Of a DNA stretch of 64,000 nt, positions 29,046-40,496 are shown in pieces. A model generated the notes under the pieces. It did no database searches, had not been told where the DNA came from, and was given only the letters and a program-made list of their open reading frames with translations. Every line of letters begins with the position of its first letter. Position 1 is the stretch's first letter. Origin of the DNA: an uncultured Lachnospiraceae bacterium (GTDB lineage: Bacteria; Bacillota; Clostridia; Lachnospirales; Lachnospiraceae). Position numbers and translations under genes: made by a program. The stretch covers positions 16,253 to 80,252 of the forward strand of contig CAMLYL010000002.1 of the NCBI GenBank assembly GCA_946491665.1, in the 5' to 3' direction.

Positions 29046-30656
29046 ATGAGTAAAAAAACGGGGAAACGCTTTGCCGTATTATTGCTGATAGTTTCTATAA
29101 TGTTGACTTTGTTTTCCGGATGTGGTTCCGCGGAAACGCAGAATGAGCCGGGGACGGTGCTGGGAAATGGAAGATCTGTTTTGCGCATTGTGTCCGGATC
29201 GGAAAACGCGGAACTGGAACCCATTCTGCAGGAGTTTGCAGATCGGGAAAATGTCCGTATTGAAATGACCTATCAGGGGTCTCTGGATATTATGCGTCTT
29301 CTGGGCGATGAGGAAATTCCCTATGACGCTGTATGGCCGGCCAGCAGTCTGTGGCTTACGGTAGGCGATACCGGACACCGGGTGAAACATGCGGAATCCA
29401 TCTCGGTCACACCGGTGGTGTTCGGGATACGGAAAAGTCTGGCAGAGAACCTTGGGTTTGTGGGCCGTGAAGTTTCGGTAGGAGATCTTCTGGGCGCTAT
29501 ACAGAACGGATCTCTGAGTTTCTGCATGACCAGCGCGACACAGTCCAATTCCGGGGCCAGCGCCTATATTGGTTTCCTCTATGCCCTTCTGGGGAATCCG
29601 GAAGTGATTACGGAGGAGGATCTGCAGAGTGAGAATCTGAAAAGCCAGATGAAAGAGCTGCTTTCCGGCGTAGACCGTTCTTCCGGCAGTTCTGACTGGC
29701 TGAAAGATATGTTTGTGGCAAGCGATTATGACGCGATGGTAAACTATGAGTGTCTGATGATCCAGGCGAACCGGGAGCTGGAGGCACAGGGGAAGGAACC
29801 CCTGTATGTCGTATATCCTTATGACGGCCTTTCCCTGGCAGATTCCCCTCTTGGATATGTGGATCAGGGAGATGACCAGAAAGAGGAATTATTTCTGAAA
29901 CTGCAGGAATATCTGCTGTCAGAGGAGGTGCAGAATGAAATCCAGCGCACCGGGCGGAGAACAGGTTACACCGGCGTTTCAGAGGAAAACCGGGATGTAT
30001 TCCAGGAGGACTGGGGCCTGCAGCCGGACCGGGTATTATCGCCCATCAGAATGCCGGACACAGATGTACTTTTTGAATGTCTGGATCTGTATCAGACGGA
30101 CTTTAAGAAACCTTCCCTGAATGTATATTGTCTCGATTATTCCGGCAGTATGAGAGGAGAGGGAAATGAGCAGCTGGAAGAGGCCATGAAACAGCTTCTG
30201 ATCCAGGAAAATGCCCGGCAGAATTTTCTCCAGGCATCGGAAAATGAAGTAAATATTCTGATTCCATTTAACGAAGATGTAATTGATACATATACTGCGG
30301 AGGGAAACGGCAGTGATCTGGAGGCGCTTTACAATGAAGTAGAGGACCTCGGGCCCCGGGGCGGTACAGATATGTATCGTGCTGCGGTCCAGGCACTGGA
30401 AATGCTCCGGGAATATGATCTGTCCCAGTATACCCCGGCAATTATTCTTCTGACAGACGGACAGTCGGATGGTTCGATCCGTGATTTTGAGTCTTCCTAT
30501 CAGGAGATGGGGGAGGATATTCCCGTTTTTTCCATTATGTTCGGGGATGCAGATGAAACCCAGCTGGAGGACCTGGCAGAATATACAAATGCCAGAGTGT
30601 TTGACGGGCGTGAAAATCTGACGGAAGCTTTCCAGAGTGTAAAGGGGTATAACTGA
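29046..30656 (+). CDS. Lipoprotein with solute-binding domain and C-terminal vWA domain
   Basis: Lipobox LFSGC; YDAVWPASSLW; MIDAS LDYSGSM, GGTDMY and ILLTDG; ATG 29046 after AAGGAGG. Confidence 0.85.
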   Translation: MSKKTGKRFAVLLLIVSIMLTLFSGCGSAETQNEPGTVLGNGRSVLRIVSGSENAELEPILQEFADRENVRIEMTYQGSLDIMRLLGDEEIPYDAVWPASSLWLTVGDTGHRVKHAESISVTPVVFGIRKSLAENLGFVGREVSVGDLLGAIQNGSLSFCMTSATQSNSGASAYIGFLYALLGNPEVITEEDLQSENLKSQMKELLSGVDRSSGSSDWLKDMFVASDYDAMVNYECLMIQANRELEAQGKEPLYVVYPYDGLSLADSPLGYVDQGDDQKEELFLKLQEYLLSEEVQNEIQRTGRRTGYTGVSEENRDVFQEDWGLQPDRVLSPIRMPDTDVLFECLDLYQTDFKKPSLNVYCLDYSGSMRGEGNEQLEEAMKQLLIQENARQNFLQASENEVNILIPFNEDVIDTYTAEGNGSDLEALYNEVEDLGPRGGTDMYRAAVQALEMLREYDLSQYTPAIILLTDGQSDGSIRDFESSYQEMGEDIPVFSIMFGDADETQLEDLAEYTNARVFDGRENLTEAFQSVKGYN

Positions 30657-31264
30657 TGAAAGATATCAAACGAATGCTGGCGGCCGTACTTATCGCGGCC
30701 GCTCTGTTCCTGTTTCTGTTTTTGTTTCTGAAATGGGATCTCCTGATCTGTATTTTATTGTGTGTGGGAGTTTATTTCGGACTTTTTTTCCTGCTGCGGC
30801 CTGTTTACAGAGTTGGCGGAATTAATGTGGAAACTCTTCCCGGAGGGGAGGAAATCAGCAGACTTCTGAAGGAAGCCCGGGAAGATCTGGAAGGAATAGA
30901 AACTTCTATCGTTGAGATAAAGGACGAGCGTGTGCAGAGAGATGCCCGTACGCTGTATGACAGTGGAAAACAGATTCTTTTGTACCTGGAAGAAAATCCG
31001 GAGAAAATCAGTCTGGCACGCAGATTTTTTACTTATTACCTGGATCTGGCGGCAAAGCTGCTGGACAGATATGTGGATTTTCAGAATACAGGCATCCATT
31101 CGGAAGAGATAACGGAAATTCTTCAGAAAACAGCGGAGGCGCTGCCGGTGCTGCATCATGCCTTTGAAAAGCAGTTTACAAATCTGATGCAGGGTGAGCT
31201 GATGGATGTGGAGGTTGATATTGAGCTTCTGAAGAATACATTGCAAATGGAGGACATAAGATGA
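30656..31264 (+). CDS. XpaC-like (5-bromo-4-chloroindolyl phosphate hydrolysis family) membrane protein
   Basis: Two N-terminal TM helices; ARRFFTYYLD and DVEVDIELLK motifs. Confidence 0.75.
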   Translation: MKDIKRMLAAVLIAAALFLFLFLFLKWDLLICILLCVGVYFGLFFLLRPVYRVGGINVETLPGGEEISRLLKEAREDLEGIETSIVEIKDERVQRDARTLYDSGKQILLYLEENPEKISLARRFFTYYLDLAAKLLDRYVDFQNTGIHSEEITEILQKTAEALPVLHHAFEKQFTNLMQGELMDVEVDIELLKNTLQMEDIR

Positions 31265-32316
31265 AAACGAAATTGATAGGTCTGGGGATTCTGGCAGCGG
31301 TCATTGTTGCAGCGGCAGCTTATGTGGGAGTCAGCAAAAGCAGAGCTGTAACGGAGATTAACGGTTATGTGGGTGGAGAGAAAATCGGTTTTCTGGAGGA
31401 TGAAGATGTGCAGGAAATCCTGCGCGATAGATATAAATTGGGAATAAATTATTCCAAGGCAGGCTCTATTGATATGGTGACTTCGGATACCACTGGAGAA
31501 GATTTTCTGTTTCCGTCCAATCAGACGGCTCTGGAGCTTTATGAGCAGGTAAATGGGAAGCCTGTGAAAAGTGAGATTGTTTTTAACACTCCTATTGTAT
31601 TGTATACCCGCAGCGCAGTGGCCCAGGCGCTGGTGACGTCGGAAATTGTATCTGTACAGGACGGAGTCTTTTATGTAGACATGGAAAAGCTGACGGCAGA
31701 GATCGAACAGGGAACTTCCTGGGCGGATCTGGGACTTCCGCAGCTTTACGGCAGTGTGACAGTAGGAACAACAGATCCTACTCAGTCCAATTCCGGGAAT
31801 ATGTTTGCCGGACTGATTGCAAATACGCTCAGCGGTGGAGTGGCAGATCAGAATAACGTAAACACGATTCTGCCCAGACTGCAGGATATCTTCCAGAAAC
31901 TGGGATATATGGAGAGTTCTTCCGCAGATCTGTTTGATCAGTTTCTGAAAACCGGTATGGGGGCCAAGCCCCTGATTGCGGGATATGAGAGCCAGCTTCT
32001 GGAGTTTGCTGTGGAAAATCCGGAAACCTGGTCCCAGATCAGTGACGATATTATTATGATGTATCCGACGCCGACTGTCTGGTCCTCCCATGTATATATT
32101 GCCCTGGATGATGCGGGAACGGAAGGGATTGACGCGCTGATGGATGAAGAGGTGCAGAAACTTGCCTGGGAAAAGCATGGATTCCGGACCGGCGTATATG
32201 ATACCCCGACCGATATCAGTCATTTTGGAGTATCCGGTCTTGCAGAGGAAATTACCCAGGTGGCGCCCATGCCGGACGCGAATACAATGAATCTGATTAT
32301 CAATGCTCTTCAGTAA
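31261..32316 (+). CDS. Membrane-anchored solute-binding-like protein
   Basis: N-terminal anchor; GGEKIGF, FNTPIVLY, TDPTQSNSGNMF, AWEKHGFR. Confidence 0.7.
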   Translation: MKTKLIGLGILAAVIVAAAAYVGVSKSRAVTEINGYVGGEKIGFLEDEDVQEILRDRYKLGINYSKAGSIDMVTSDTTGEDFLFPSNQTALELYEQVNGKPVKSEIVFNTPIVLYTRSAVAQALVTSEIVSVQDGVFYVDMEKLTAEIEQGTSWADLGLPQLYGSVTVGTTDPTQSNSGNMFAGLIANTLSGGVADQNNVNTILPRLQDIFQKLGYMESSSADLFDQFLKTGMGAKPLIAGYESQLLEFAVENPETWSQISDDIIMMYPTPTVWSSHVYIALDDAGTEGIDALMDEEVQKLAWEKHGFRTGVYDTPTDISHFGVSGLAEEITQVAPMPDANTMNLIINALQ

Positions 32317-32578
32317 AAACGGAAAATACATGAATGATACTATGCTGCGCAGAATCAGCCAGACCCTGGATCAGGATCTGGCTGATTCCATTCTCCGGCA
32401 GGGTGTGATATAATATGAGCACTTAGCGAGGTATTTTCGAGCTTAGTGGACATGGTATAATGTGAACACCGGGAAAGGTGTTCTGAGTTTAGTGCAGGTC
32501 ATGCTGTGCCTGGTGTAAACACTTAGAGAATGCAGGCGAAGCGCAGCATGAACTTAGTGAGAACAGAAAGAGGACGGA

Positions 32579-32881
32579 ATGGAATATATTGTAAAGATAA
32601 TTATCATACTATATCTGATAGCGATCAACCTGATCGGATTTTGTATGATGGGAGTGGACAAGCGCAAAGCCAGAAGGGGAAAATGGCGCGTGAAGGAGGC
32701 GTCTCTGTTCCTGGCGGCGGTGATCGGAGGAAGCCTGGGAAGCTGGCTGGGAATGTATGTGTTCCGGCATAAGACAAAGCACTGGTATTTTGTCGTGGGG
32801 ATGCCTCTGATTCTGGTTTTACAGGTGATTGTCGTGTTGTTTTTTATTTCTCGTACAGGAAATCTGCCGGTGCAGATATGA
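32579..32881 (+). CDS. DUF1294 family membrane protein
   Basis: GVDKRKARRGKWRVKE, GGSLG and FRHKTKH motifs. Confidence 0.88.
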   Translation: MEYIVKIIIILYLIAINLIGFCMMGVDKRKARRGKWRVKEASLFLAAVIGGSLGSWLGMYVFRHKTKHWYFVVGMPLILVLQVIVVLFFISRTGNLPVQI

Positions 32882-32921
32882 CAGGACAGAATAGCATACA
32901 GGAAATGAGGGGTGTTGCGGA

Positions 32922-33968
32922 ATGGAAGTATTGCAGATGATTGTGGAACTGATATGGGACTGGTCACGGACCGTTTTCGGGACAATTTTTGTGGCGTGTG
33001 TTCTTATGAGCCTGGCGCTTCTGATTATAGAACTGGTTCTTTACCGGAAAAAGAGTGCGAGGCAGGAAGCGGCGGAAACTGCCGGAGCGCAGACCGGGAA
33101 GAACACGGTAAGGATCGCGCTGATTACAGGGGCTTCTTCCGGTCTGGGGAAGACCTTTGCCCTTCAGATTGACCAGGGAGAAGCGGATATTGACGAGATC
33201 TGGCTGATCGCCCGCCGCCGGGAACGTCTGAAGGAAGCTGCGGCGGAACTTTCTCTGCCGGCAAGGGTGATTCCTATGGATGTGACAGAGGAGGAGAGTA
33301 TCCGGAGACTGGAAAAGCTGCTGGAGGGCGGGGAAGAATGTGAGACCATGGAGCCCGGGAATCCGGCGGCGGAAGCGGTTCCGGTATCCGGCAGCCATCC
33401 CCGGACGATACAGGTGGGGATTTTTGCCAACTGTGCAGGATATGCGAAAATCGGAAATTACGAAAAAATTTCCAGGTTTGATTCCGCCAACATGATTGAT
33501 CTGAACTGCAGGGCGGCGGTAAATACCACCCTGGCGGTTCTTCCCCATATGAGAGCCGGGGACCGGATTCTGGAGATCTGTTCCACGGCGGCATTCCAGC
33601 CAATCCAGCATATGAATCTTTATGCTGCCAGCAAGGCGTTTCTGTACAGCTATACCCGTGCCCTGCGGATGGAACTGCTTCCCAGAGGAGTGGTGGTGAC
33701 GGCAGTCTGCCCCTGGTGGGTGAAGGATACGGAGTTTATTTCAGTGGCCAGTCATAATGAGGCGAATCCGGATGTGAAGAGCGCTGTCCGCAGCTTCCCC
33801 CTGGCGACGAAGGAGGACCAGGTGGTAAAACGCGCGCTCCGGGCCAGCAGGAGGAGACTGGCGGTATCGACTCCGGGAATTATGTGTTTCCTGCACCGGC
33901 TTCTGGGAAAGGTCATTCCGAAAAAATGGCTGCTGTACTGCTGGGAGCTGTTCCGGAGAATCGGATAA
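32922..33968 (+). CDS. SDR family oxidoreductase with N-terminal TM segment
   Basis: ITGASSGLG, NCAG, catalytic YAASK. Confidence 0.88.
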   Translation: MEVLQMIVELIWDWSRTVFGTIFVACVLMSLALLIIELVLYRKKSARQEAAETAGAQTGKNTVRIALITGASSGLGKTFALQIDQGEADIDEIWLIARRRERLKEAAAELSLPARVIPMDVTEEESIRRLEKLLEGGEECETMEPGNPAAEAVPVSGSHPRTIQVGIFANCAGYAKIGNYEKISRFDSANMIDLNCRAAVNTTLAVLPHMRAGDRILEICSTAAFQPIQHMNLYAASKAFLYSYTRALRMELLPRGVVVTAVCPWWVKDTEFISVASHNEANPDVKSAVRSFPLATKEDQVVKRALRASRRRLAVSTPGIMCFLHRLLGKVIPKKWLLYCWELFRRIG

Positions 33969-34019
33969 AGAGTTGTTGAGTTTTTTCTCTGAATATCATA
34001 TAATAGGAAAGATGTCGAT

Positions 34020-34967
34020 ATGAAGGAGAGAAAAAACGTGGTTTATAATAATATTTTAGAAGCAATCGGATATACGCCCATGATCCGCCTGAACCGGATG
34101 AATAAGCCGGGAAACGCCCAGGTGCTGGTCAAATTTGAGGGACTGAATGTGGGAGGTTCCATTAAGACGCGGACGGCGCTGAATATGATTGAGCAGGCGG
34201 AGAAAGAGGGCAAGATCCATCCCGATACGATTATTGTGGAGCCGACCAGCGGCAACCAGGGAATTGGCCTGGCGCTGGTGGGAGCCGTAAAAGGATACCG
34301 GACGATTATCATTATGCCGGATTCCGTCAGCGAGGAACGCAGAAAGCTGGTGCGCCATTACGGAGCAGAGGTGATTCTGATCCATGACGCGGGGAATATC
34401 GGGGCATGTATTGAGGAATGTCTCCAGACTGCCCTGCGGATGGAGAGGGAAGACCCCAATGTGTTTGTTCCCCAGCAGTTTTCCAATGAGAATAATACGA
34501 AGGCCCACCGCCATCATACTGCTCTGGAGATTATGGAGCAGGTGGCGGGACCGATCCATGGCTTCTGTTCCGGAATCGGGACCGGCGGTACCATTACCGG
34601 TATCGGCGAAGTGCTGAAGGCGCAGAATCCGGATATTGAGATCTGGGCGGTAGAGCCGGAGAACGCAGCTATTCTGGCAGGAGGCAATATCGGAACCCAT
34701 CTGCAGATGGGGATCGGCGACGGCGTGATTCCGGATATTCTCAACCAGCAGATTTACGATGATATTTATATTGTTTCTGATGAGGAAGCGCTGCAGACCG
34801 CAAAGGATCTGGCAAAAAAGGAAGGGCTGATGTGCGGGATCTCCAGCGGCACCAATGTGGCGGCGGCTCTGAAGCTGGCGGAAAAGCTTGGAGAGGGAAA
34901 AACCGTGGTGACAGTACTTCCGGATACTGCAGAGCGTTACTTTTCCACACCGCTTTTTGATGATTAA
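34020..34967 (+). CDS. Cysteine synthase (CysK/CysM) family PLP enzyme, divergent
   Basis: GGSIKTR PLP lysine, EPTSGNQG, GIGTGGT, GISSG, PDTAERYFST. Confidence 0.85.
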   Translation: MKERKNVVYNNILEAIGYTPMIRLNRMNKPGNAQVLVKFEGLNVGGSIKTRTALNMIEQAEKEGKIHPDTIIVEPTSGNQGIGLALVGAVKGYRTIIIMPDSVSEERRKLVRHYGAEVILIHDAGNIGACIEECLQTALRMEREDPNVFVPQQFSNENNTKAHRHHTALEIMEQVAGPIHGFCSGIGTGGTITGIGEVLKAQNPDIEIWAVEPENAAILAGGNIGTHLQMGIGDGVIPDILNQQIYDDIYIVSDEEALQTAKDLAKKEGLMCGISSGTNVAAALKLAEKLGEGKTVVTVLPDTAERYFSTPLFDD

Positions 34968-35061
34968 GCATTAAAATGTCGCGATCTGCGTAGCGGATGG
35001 CTCTGCGTATGTGGGAGGAACAGCAGCGGACCGTGATACAGAGACAGAGGTGAAGATACAT

Positions 35062-35919
35062 ATGAAAAAGACCGGACTTGTGGTGGAGGGCGGCGGCATG
35101 AAGTGCGCTTACAGCGCCGGCGTTCTGGACGCATTCCTGGAGAATCAGATTACATTTGATTACTGCATCGGTGCGTCTGCCGGCGCTGCCAGCGCCGCAT
35201 CTTACGTGGCAGGCCAGCATGGCAGAAATATCAGATTTTATACGGAGCATACGAAGGATCCTCTGTACTTTGGTCTCAGAAGTTTTCTGAAAACCGGCGA
35301 TCTGTTTAATCTGAAATATATTTACGGTTATCTCACGAATTCGGACGGGGGCGATCCGCTGGATCTGGACGCGATTCTGCAGAGTCCGGCAGAGTATGAA
35401 ATTGTGGCGACCCGGGCGGAGACCGGGGAGCCTGTATATTTTTCCAAGCATGATCTGATCCGGGATGACTACCGGCATCTGATGGCCTCCTGCGCGATTC
35501 CGGCGGTCTGCAGGCCGGTGGAGATTGACGGATGGCATTACTATGACGGAGGAGTGACGGATCCGATCCCGATCCAGAGGGCCATGGATCAGGGCTGTGA
35601 GAAGCTGGTGGTGATCCTTACCAAATCCCGGAAATTTGTAAAAAATCCGGAGCAGTTCCGCCGGGCATACACGCTGATGTGCCGGAAGTACCCGAAGGCA
35701 GTGGAGGCTCTGAACCGCCGGCATCTGGTTTACCGGAAGACCCAGAAGCAGATGTTTGATCTGGAGAAGGAGGGAAAGCTTTTCCTGTTTGCTCCCGAGA
35801 CAGATCTGAAAATCAATACCTATACCATGGACGTGAAAAAAAATCAGCATATGTATGATCTGGGATTGCAGGATTTTCAGACAGCGAAAACAGAGCTGAA
35901 AGAATTTCTGAGCGCATAG
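35062..35919 (+). CDS. Patatin-like phospholipase
   Basis: EGGGMK, GASAG and DGG motifs. Confidence 0.9.
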   Translation: MKKTGLVVEGGGMKCAYSAGVLDAFLENQITFDYCIGASAGAASAASYVAGQHGRNIRFYTEHTKDPLYFGLRSFLKTGDLFNLKYIYGYLTNSDGGDPLDLDAILQSPAEYEIVATRAETGEPVYFSKHDLIRDDYRHLMASCAIPAVCRPVEIDGWHYYDGGVTDPIPIQRAMDQGCEKLVVILTKSRKFVKNPEQFRRAYTLMCRKYPKAVEALNRRHLVYRKTQKQMFDLEKEGKLFLFAPETDLKINTYTMDVKKNQHMYDLGLQDFQTAKTELKEFLSA

Positions 35920-36028
35920 ACGTAAGTTTTTGCGCCGGAAGGGAAAGAAAAAAGAATATTTGCCTGTAAAATACACATACTGGACATAAGAGAGACAGAG
36001 CGATTCGGAATAAGAAACCGCTCTGTTT

Positions 36029-37557
<1,529 letters not shown>

Positions 37558-37575
37558 AAAGTCTGTAACAGAAAA

Positions 37576-37610
37576 AGAGGGCGGAGTCTGAAACAGACTC
37601 TGTCCCCTCT
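37576..37610. terminator. Hairpin terminator between convergent genes
   Basis: agagggcggagtctg-aaa-cagactctgtcccctct. Confidence 0.65.
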
Positions 37611-37637
37611 GTCTGTGAATAGAAAACGGAAAGCTTT

Positions 37638-39068
37638 TTACTGGAGAGCGCTCTCCAGTACATCATACCACTCTTCTGTGACATTGCTGTCTGTGCTGTT
37701 GGCGAATACAGTAGTGTCCTCCAGCCGGATTTCCAGCACAGGCGTGCTGTCATTATACAGAAACATCATACATTCGCCGGTTTCTTTTCCCCGGAAATAG
37801 CCGATGTTCACTTTTTCCGTGCTTCCGCCGTTGGTCCTTGTGAAAGAATCATCCGGCAGGGCGTCAATCAGATCTACGGACCGGATCTCATCCAGATCAA
37901 ATTCGCAGTCATATCCTGCCGCCTCAAAGGAGAAGGTCTGCTGATCTGCGGTAAATACGACTTCCGCGTTGATCAGATCAGCCAGCATACAGAATACCCA
38001 GATCACCAGGACAAGGATTGCTGCAGTCAGTATGATGATAAATGCTCTGGCGCCGGGGCGGCCGAAGTTAAATGCATATTTTGTGCGGTTAAAACGGTTC
38101 GGAACCAGAATGCGGCGGTCATCCGGATTATTATACCAGCCTTTTTTCCAGTATTCATCGTCATCTACATAATAGGGCTCCGTATCTGAGTCCAGAATGG
38201 TCTGCCGTTTTTTCAGGGCATATCCCACCGGAATCAGCAGCGCAACGGCCTCCAGTGTAATCAGAATGCCGTAGACAACGTAGCACAAAAAGGGAAGGTT
38301 TACTCCGGATACGCAGTAGGAAATGGCCAGATAAATCCAGGCTGCTCCGTTCAGCCAGGAGGCCAGGAGCAGTCCTGTGCTCCAGGAACGCTTTGAAAGC
38401 TGATTTGCGGAAAAATTCACTTCTGTATTTTTGCTGTATACTCTGTTGGGAGCGTGGATGACGGCAATATGGGTTGCCATAAACAGAAGACAGATCCCGA
38501 CTCCGACGGCGTACAATGTCCATATGGAGATGGAGGAGTCAAAGGACAGATCATCTCTGCGGTTCATGATGAGCAGCAGAAAAACACTGGCTGCCGACAG
38601 AATCAGAATGGGAAGATGCCATTTCCAGCCGGGGGCCAGTTTTCCGGCAGCGCTGGAGACTGCTGTGTCAATCCGGATAATCCTTTTATTTTCCTCAATG
38701 ACCCAGCCGTTTTTTATTTTCAGCCGGTACATCTGACGATGAGAGGAAATGATCAGATAGTATAATACCAGGATATATTCCGCCAGCCAGATGGTCCATA
38801 TAATTATAAAGAGTATGAAATCATAAAAACAAAAGAAGCAGATCAGCAGGCTGACTGCCAGATTGATCCACTGGAACATATTCCAGCTCCGGCTGCTTTT
38901 CCGGCGCAGCTGTTCCACTTCCGGGTGCTCCAGGCAGCCGGCCGGTATATGGACACCCAGAAGCATCCCCTCGCTGTAGGCGTCTCTTTTTCCAAAGGCG
39001 TATCTGCAGAGCAGTACCACCATAAGATCACAGATCGCAAAAATAAGAAACATCATCAGATCTTCCAT
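37638..39068 (-). CDS. Multi-pass membrane protein (DUF5808-like motif, C-terminal bacterial PH domain)
   Basis: Several TM helices; DDDEYWKKGWYNNPDDRRILVPNR; RTNGG...GYF. Confidence 0.75.
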   Translation of the reverse strand: MEDLMMFLIFAICDLMVVLLCRYAFGKRDAYSEGMLLGVHIPAGCLEHPEVEQLRRKSSRSWNMFQWINLAVSLLICFFCFYDFILFIIIWTIWLAEYILVLYYLIISSHRQMYRLKIKNGWVIEENKRIIRIDTAVSSAAGKLAPGWKWHLPILILSAASVFLLLIMNRRDDLSFDSSISIWTLYAVGVGICLLFMATHIAVIHAPNRVYSKNTEVNFSANQLSKRSWSTGLLLASWLNGAAWIYLAISYCVSGVNLPFLCYVVYGILITLEAVALLIPVGYALKKRQTILDSDTEPYYVDDDEYWKKGWYNNPDDRRILVPNRFNRTKYAFNFGRPGARAFIIILTAAILVLVIWVFCMLADLINAEVVFTADQQTFSFEAAGYDCEFDLDEIRSVDLIDALPDDSFTRTNGGSTEKVNIGYFRGKETGECMMFLYNDSTPVLEIRLEDTTVFANSTDSNVTEEWYDVLESALQ

Positions 39069-39070
39069 TG

Positions 39071-39460
39071 TTAAGCCTCACTTCCTGCCGGATGCATTCT
39101 GGCAAATATTTTGTCGCAGATGCTTAAGAATTCTTCCTTCCGCATCCCTTTCAGACTGGCTTCCGCTGACAGGAGCTCCAGCTCTGTCTCCAGCTTTTCC
39201 CGGAAAGCGCTGTCTGCCCGCCGGACAGGGGACACGGTGGCGCCCTTTCTCCGGTCAATTTCAATAAATCCTTCTGCCTTCAGAATCTGATAGGTCTTGT
39301 TGACTGTCATGCTGTTGATCCCCGCATCCTGGGCCATCTGCCGGACAGAAGGAAGAGATTCCCCGGCTTTCAGATATCCTCTTCCGATGCCGGTCACAAT
39401 CTGGTTGCGGAGCTGTACATAAATCGGAATATCACTGCTCATATCAAGTGAAATAATCAT
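39071..39460 (-). CDS. GntR-family regulator, YtrA subfamily
   Basis: PIYVQL, LPSVRQMA, INSMTVNKTY; short 129 aa. Confidence 0.9.
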   Translation of the reverse strand: MIISLDMSSDIPIYVQLRNQIVTGIGRGYLKAGESLPSVRQMAQDAGINSMTVNKTYQILKAEGFIEIDRRKGATVSPVRRADSAFREKLETELELLSAEASLKGMRKEEFLSICDKIFARMHPAGSEA

Positions 39461-39579
39461 TCCGCACCTCCTGTAAAAAAGTATTGTTGCTGTTCACAGC
39501 CATTTCACTCATCATGCGCAGAACCAGCCAGCTGCGTTGTCTGTCGCTGCCTGGCAGCTTTCTGTTCTGCCTATGAGGA

Positions 39580-39625
39580 GTATTATTTGTATTACTGATT
39601 ATAATACAGATAATACTTTTGTCAA
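39580..39625 (-). promoter_or_regulatory. SigA promoter overlapped by a YtrA-type operator palindrome
   Basis: Minus strand TTGACA(39625-20)-N16-TATAAT(39603-598); inverted repeat gtattatttgtatta-N7-taatacagataatac (14/15). Confidence 0.75.
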
Positions 39626-39650
39626 GAAAAAAATCCCGGAAAGCTTCCTT

Positions 39651-40244
39651 TCAGGTGGAATGCTTTTCCGGGATTCCCTTTTCCAGCAGTATGGCGGGAA
39701 GGGAAATTTTATAGATGGACAGAATGTCCTGCAGTATCGTTTCCCGATTCTGGTTCATCTTGTTTTTGATCCAGTCCAGCAGAAGACCGGAAGAGGCTTC
39801 TGTATAAAAGGCAGCCAGAAAATCCCTAAACTGAGGATCCAGCGTGACCTTCAGTTCCTTTGCGCCCTGTTCAATGGTCTGACGGAAAACAGAAAACAGA
39901 TCTGTGTAAAAGAAACGTTTGATTTCCTCGTATCCCATGGAGTCCAGGGTTCCGTTGATGATGTGCTTATTTTTATCCACATAGTCCATAACAAAACGGA
40001 TGGCTTCCTCTGCGTTTACAATCAGATCAAACTTTTTTACAACCTCGATGGCTTCCTGCTCCAGCATCCATTTCAGAAGATCATAGATATCCTGGAAATG
40101 GTAATAAAAAGTTTTCCGGTTAATGTTGCATGCGGTAACCAGTTCCGTCACCGTAATTTTAGAGAGAGATTTTTTCCCCAGGCAACTTTTCAGGGCTGCG
40201 GCAAGAGAGCGTTTTGTTCTCAGGGAAATTTCTTTGTTTGTCAT
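39651..40244 (-). CDS. TetR/AcrR-family regulator
   Basis: KITVTELVTACNINRKTFYYHFQDIYDL HTH. Confidence 0.9.
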   Translation of the reverse strand: MTNKEISLRTKRSLAAALKSCLGKKSLSKITVTELVTACNINRKTFYYHFQDIYDLLKWMLEQEAIEVVKKFDLIVNAEEAIRFVMDYVDKNKHIINGTLDSMGYEEIKRFFYTDLFSVFRQTIEQGAKELKVTLDPQFRDFLAAFYTEASSGLLLDWIKNKMNQNRETILQDILSIYKISLPAILLEKGIPEKHST

Positions 40245-40298
40245 ATGCCAGTCCTCCGTTACTGATCCGGAATCGGGATATTGCGTTGGATGATCAAA

Positions 40299-40348
40299 TT
40301 CAAGGCCCGCTCACGGGTCTTGGCGCGGGAGTCATCTCCCCACCTGAT
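40299..40348. repeat. Structured intergenic repeat element, copy B
   Basis: Inverted match to 36126-36157 plus direct similarity of gcgggagtcatctccccacctgata to 36039-36063. Confidence 0.75.
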
Positions 40349-40355
40349 ATACTAT

Positions 40356-40402
40356 ACATTTGTCCGGTAAATAACTCAATGGACAATGTTACTCATTTGT
40401 CC
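40356..40402. promoter_or_regulatory. Candidate TetR operator(s)
   Basis: ggacaa-N10-ttgtcc palindrome at 40381-40402 and an extra catttgtcc half-site at 40357, between the divergent tetR and MMPL operon. Confidence 0.55.
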
Positions 40403-40496
40403 GATATTGCCCAATGCGTCCGGGATTGACCGTTGGTTTTCCTGTATTTTTTTACTAAGATGGGTGAAGAAAATCGGAAGGGAGAGGAGGAGAAAG

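Noticed and set aside
32330-32413. 27-aa ORF MNDTMLRRISQTLDQDLADSILRQGVI as a TelA remnant
   Set aside because: No RBS, coincides with a hairpin, no recognisable similarity
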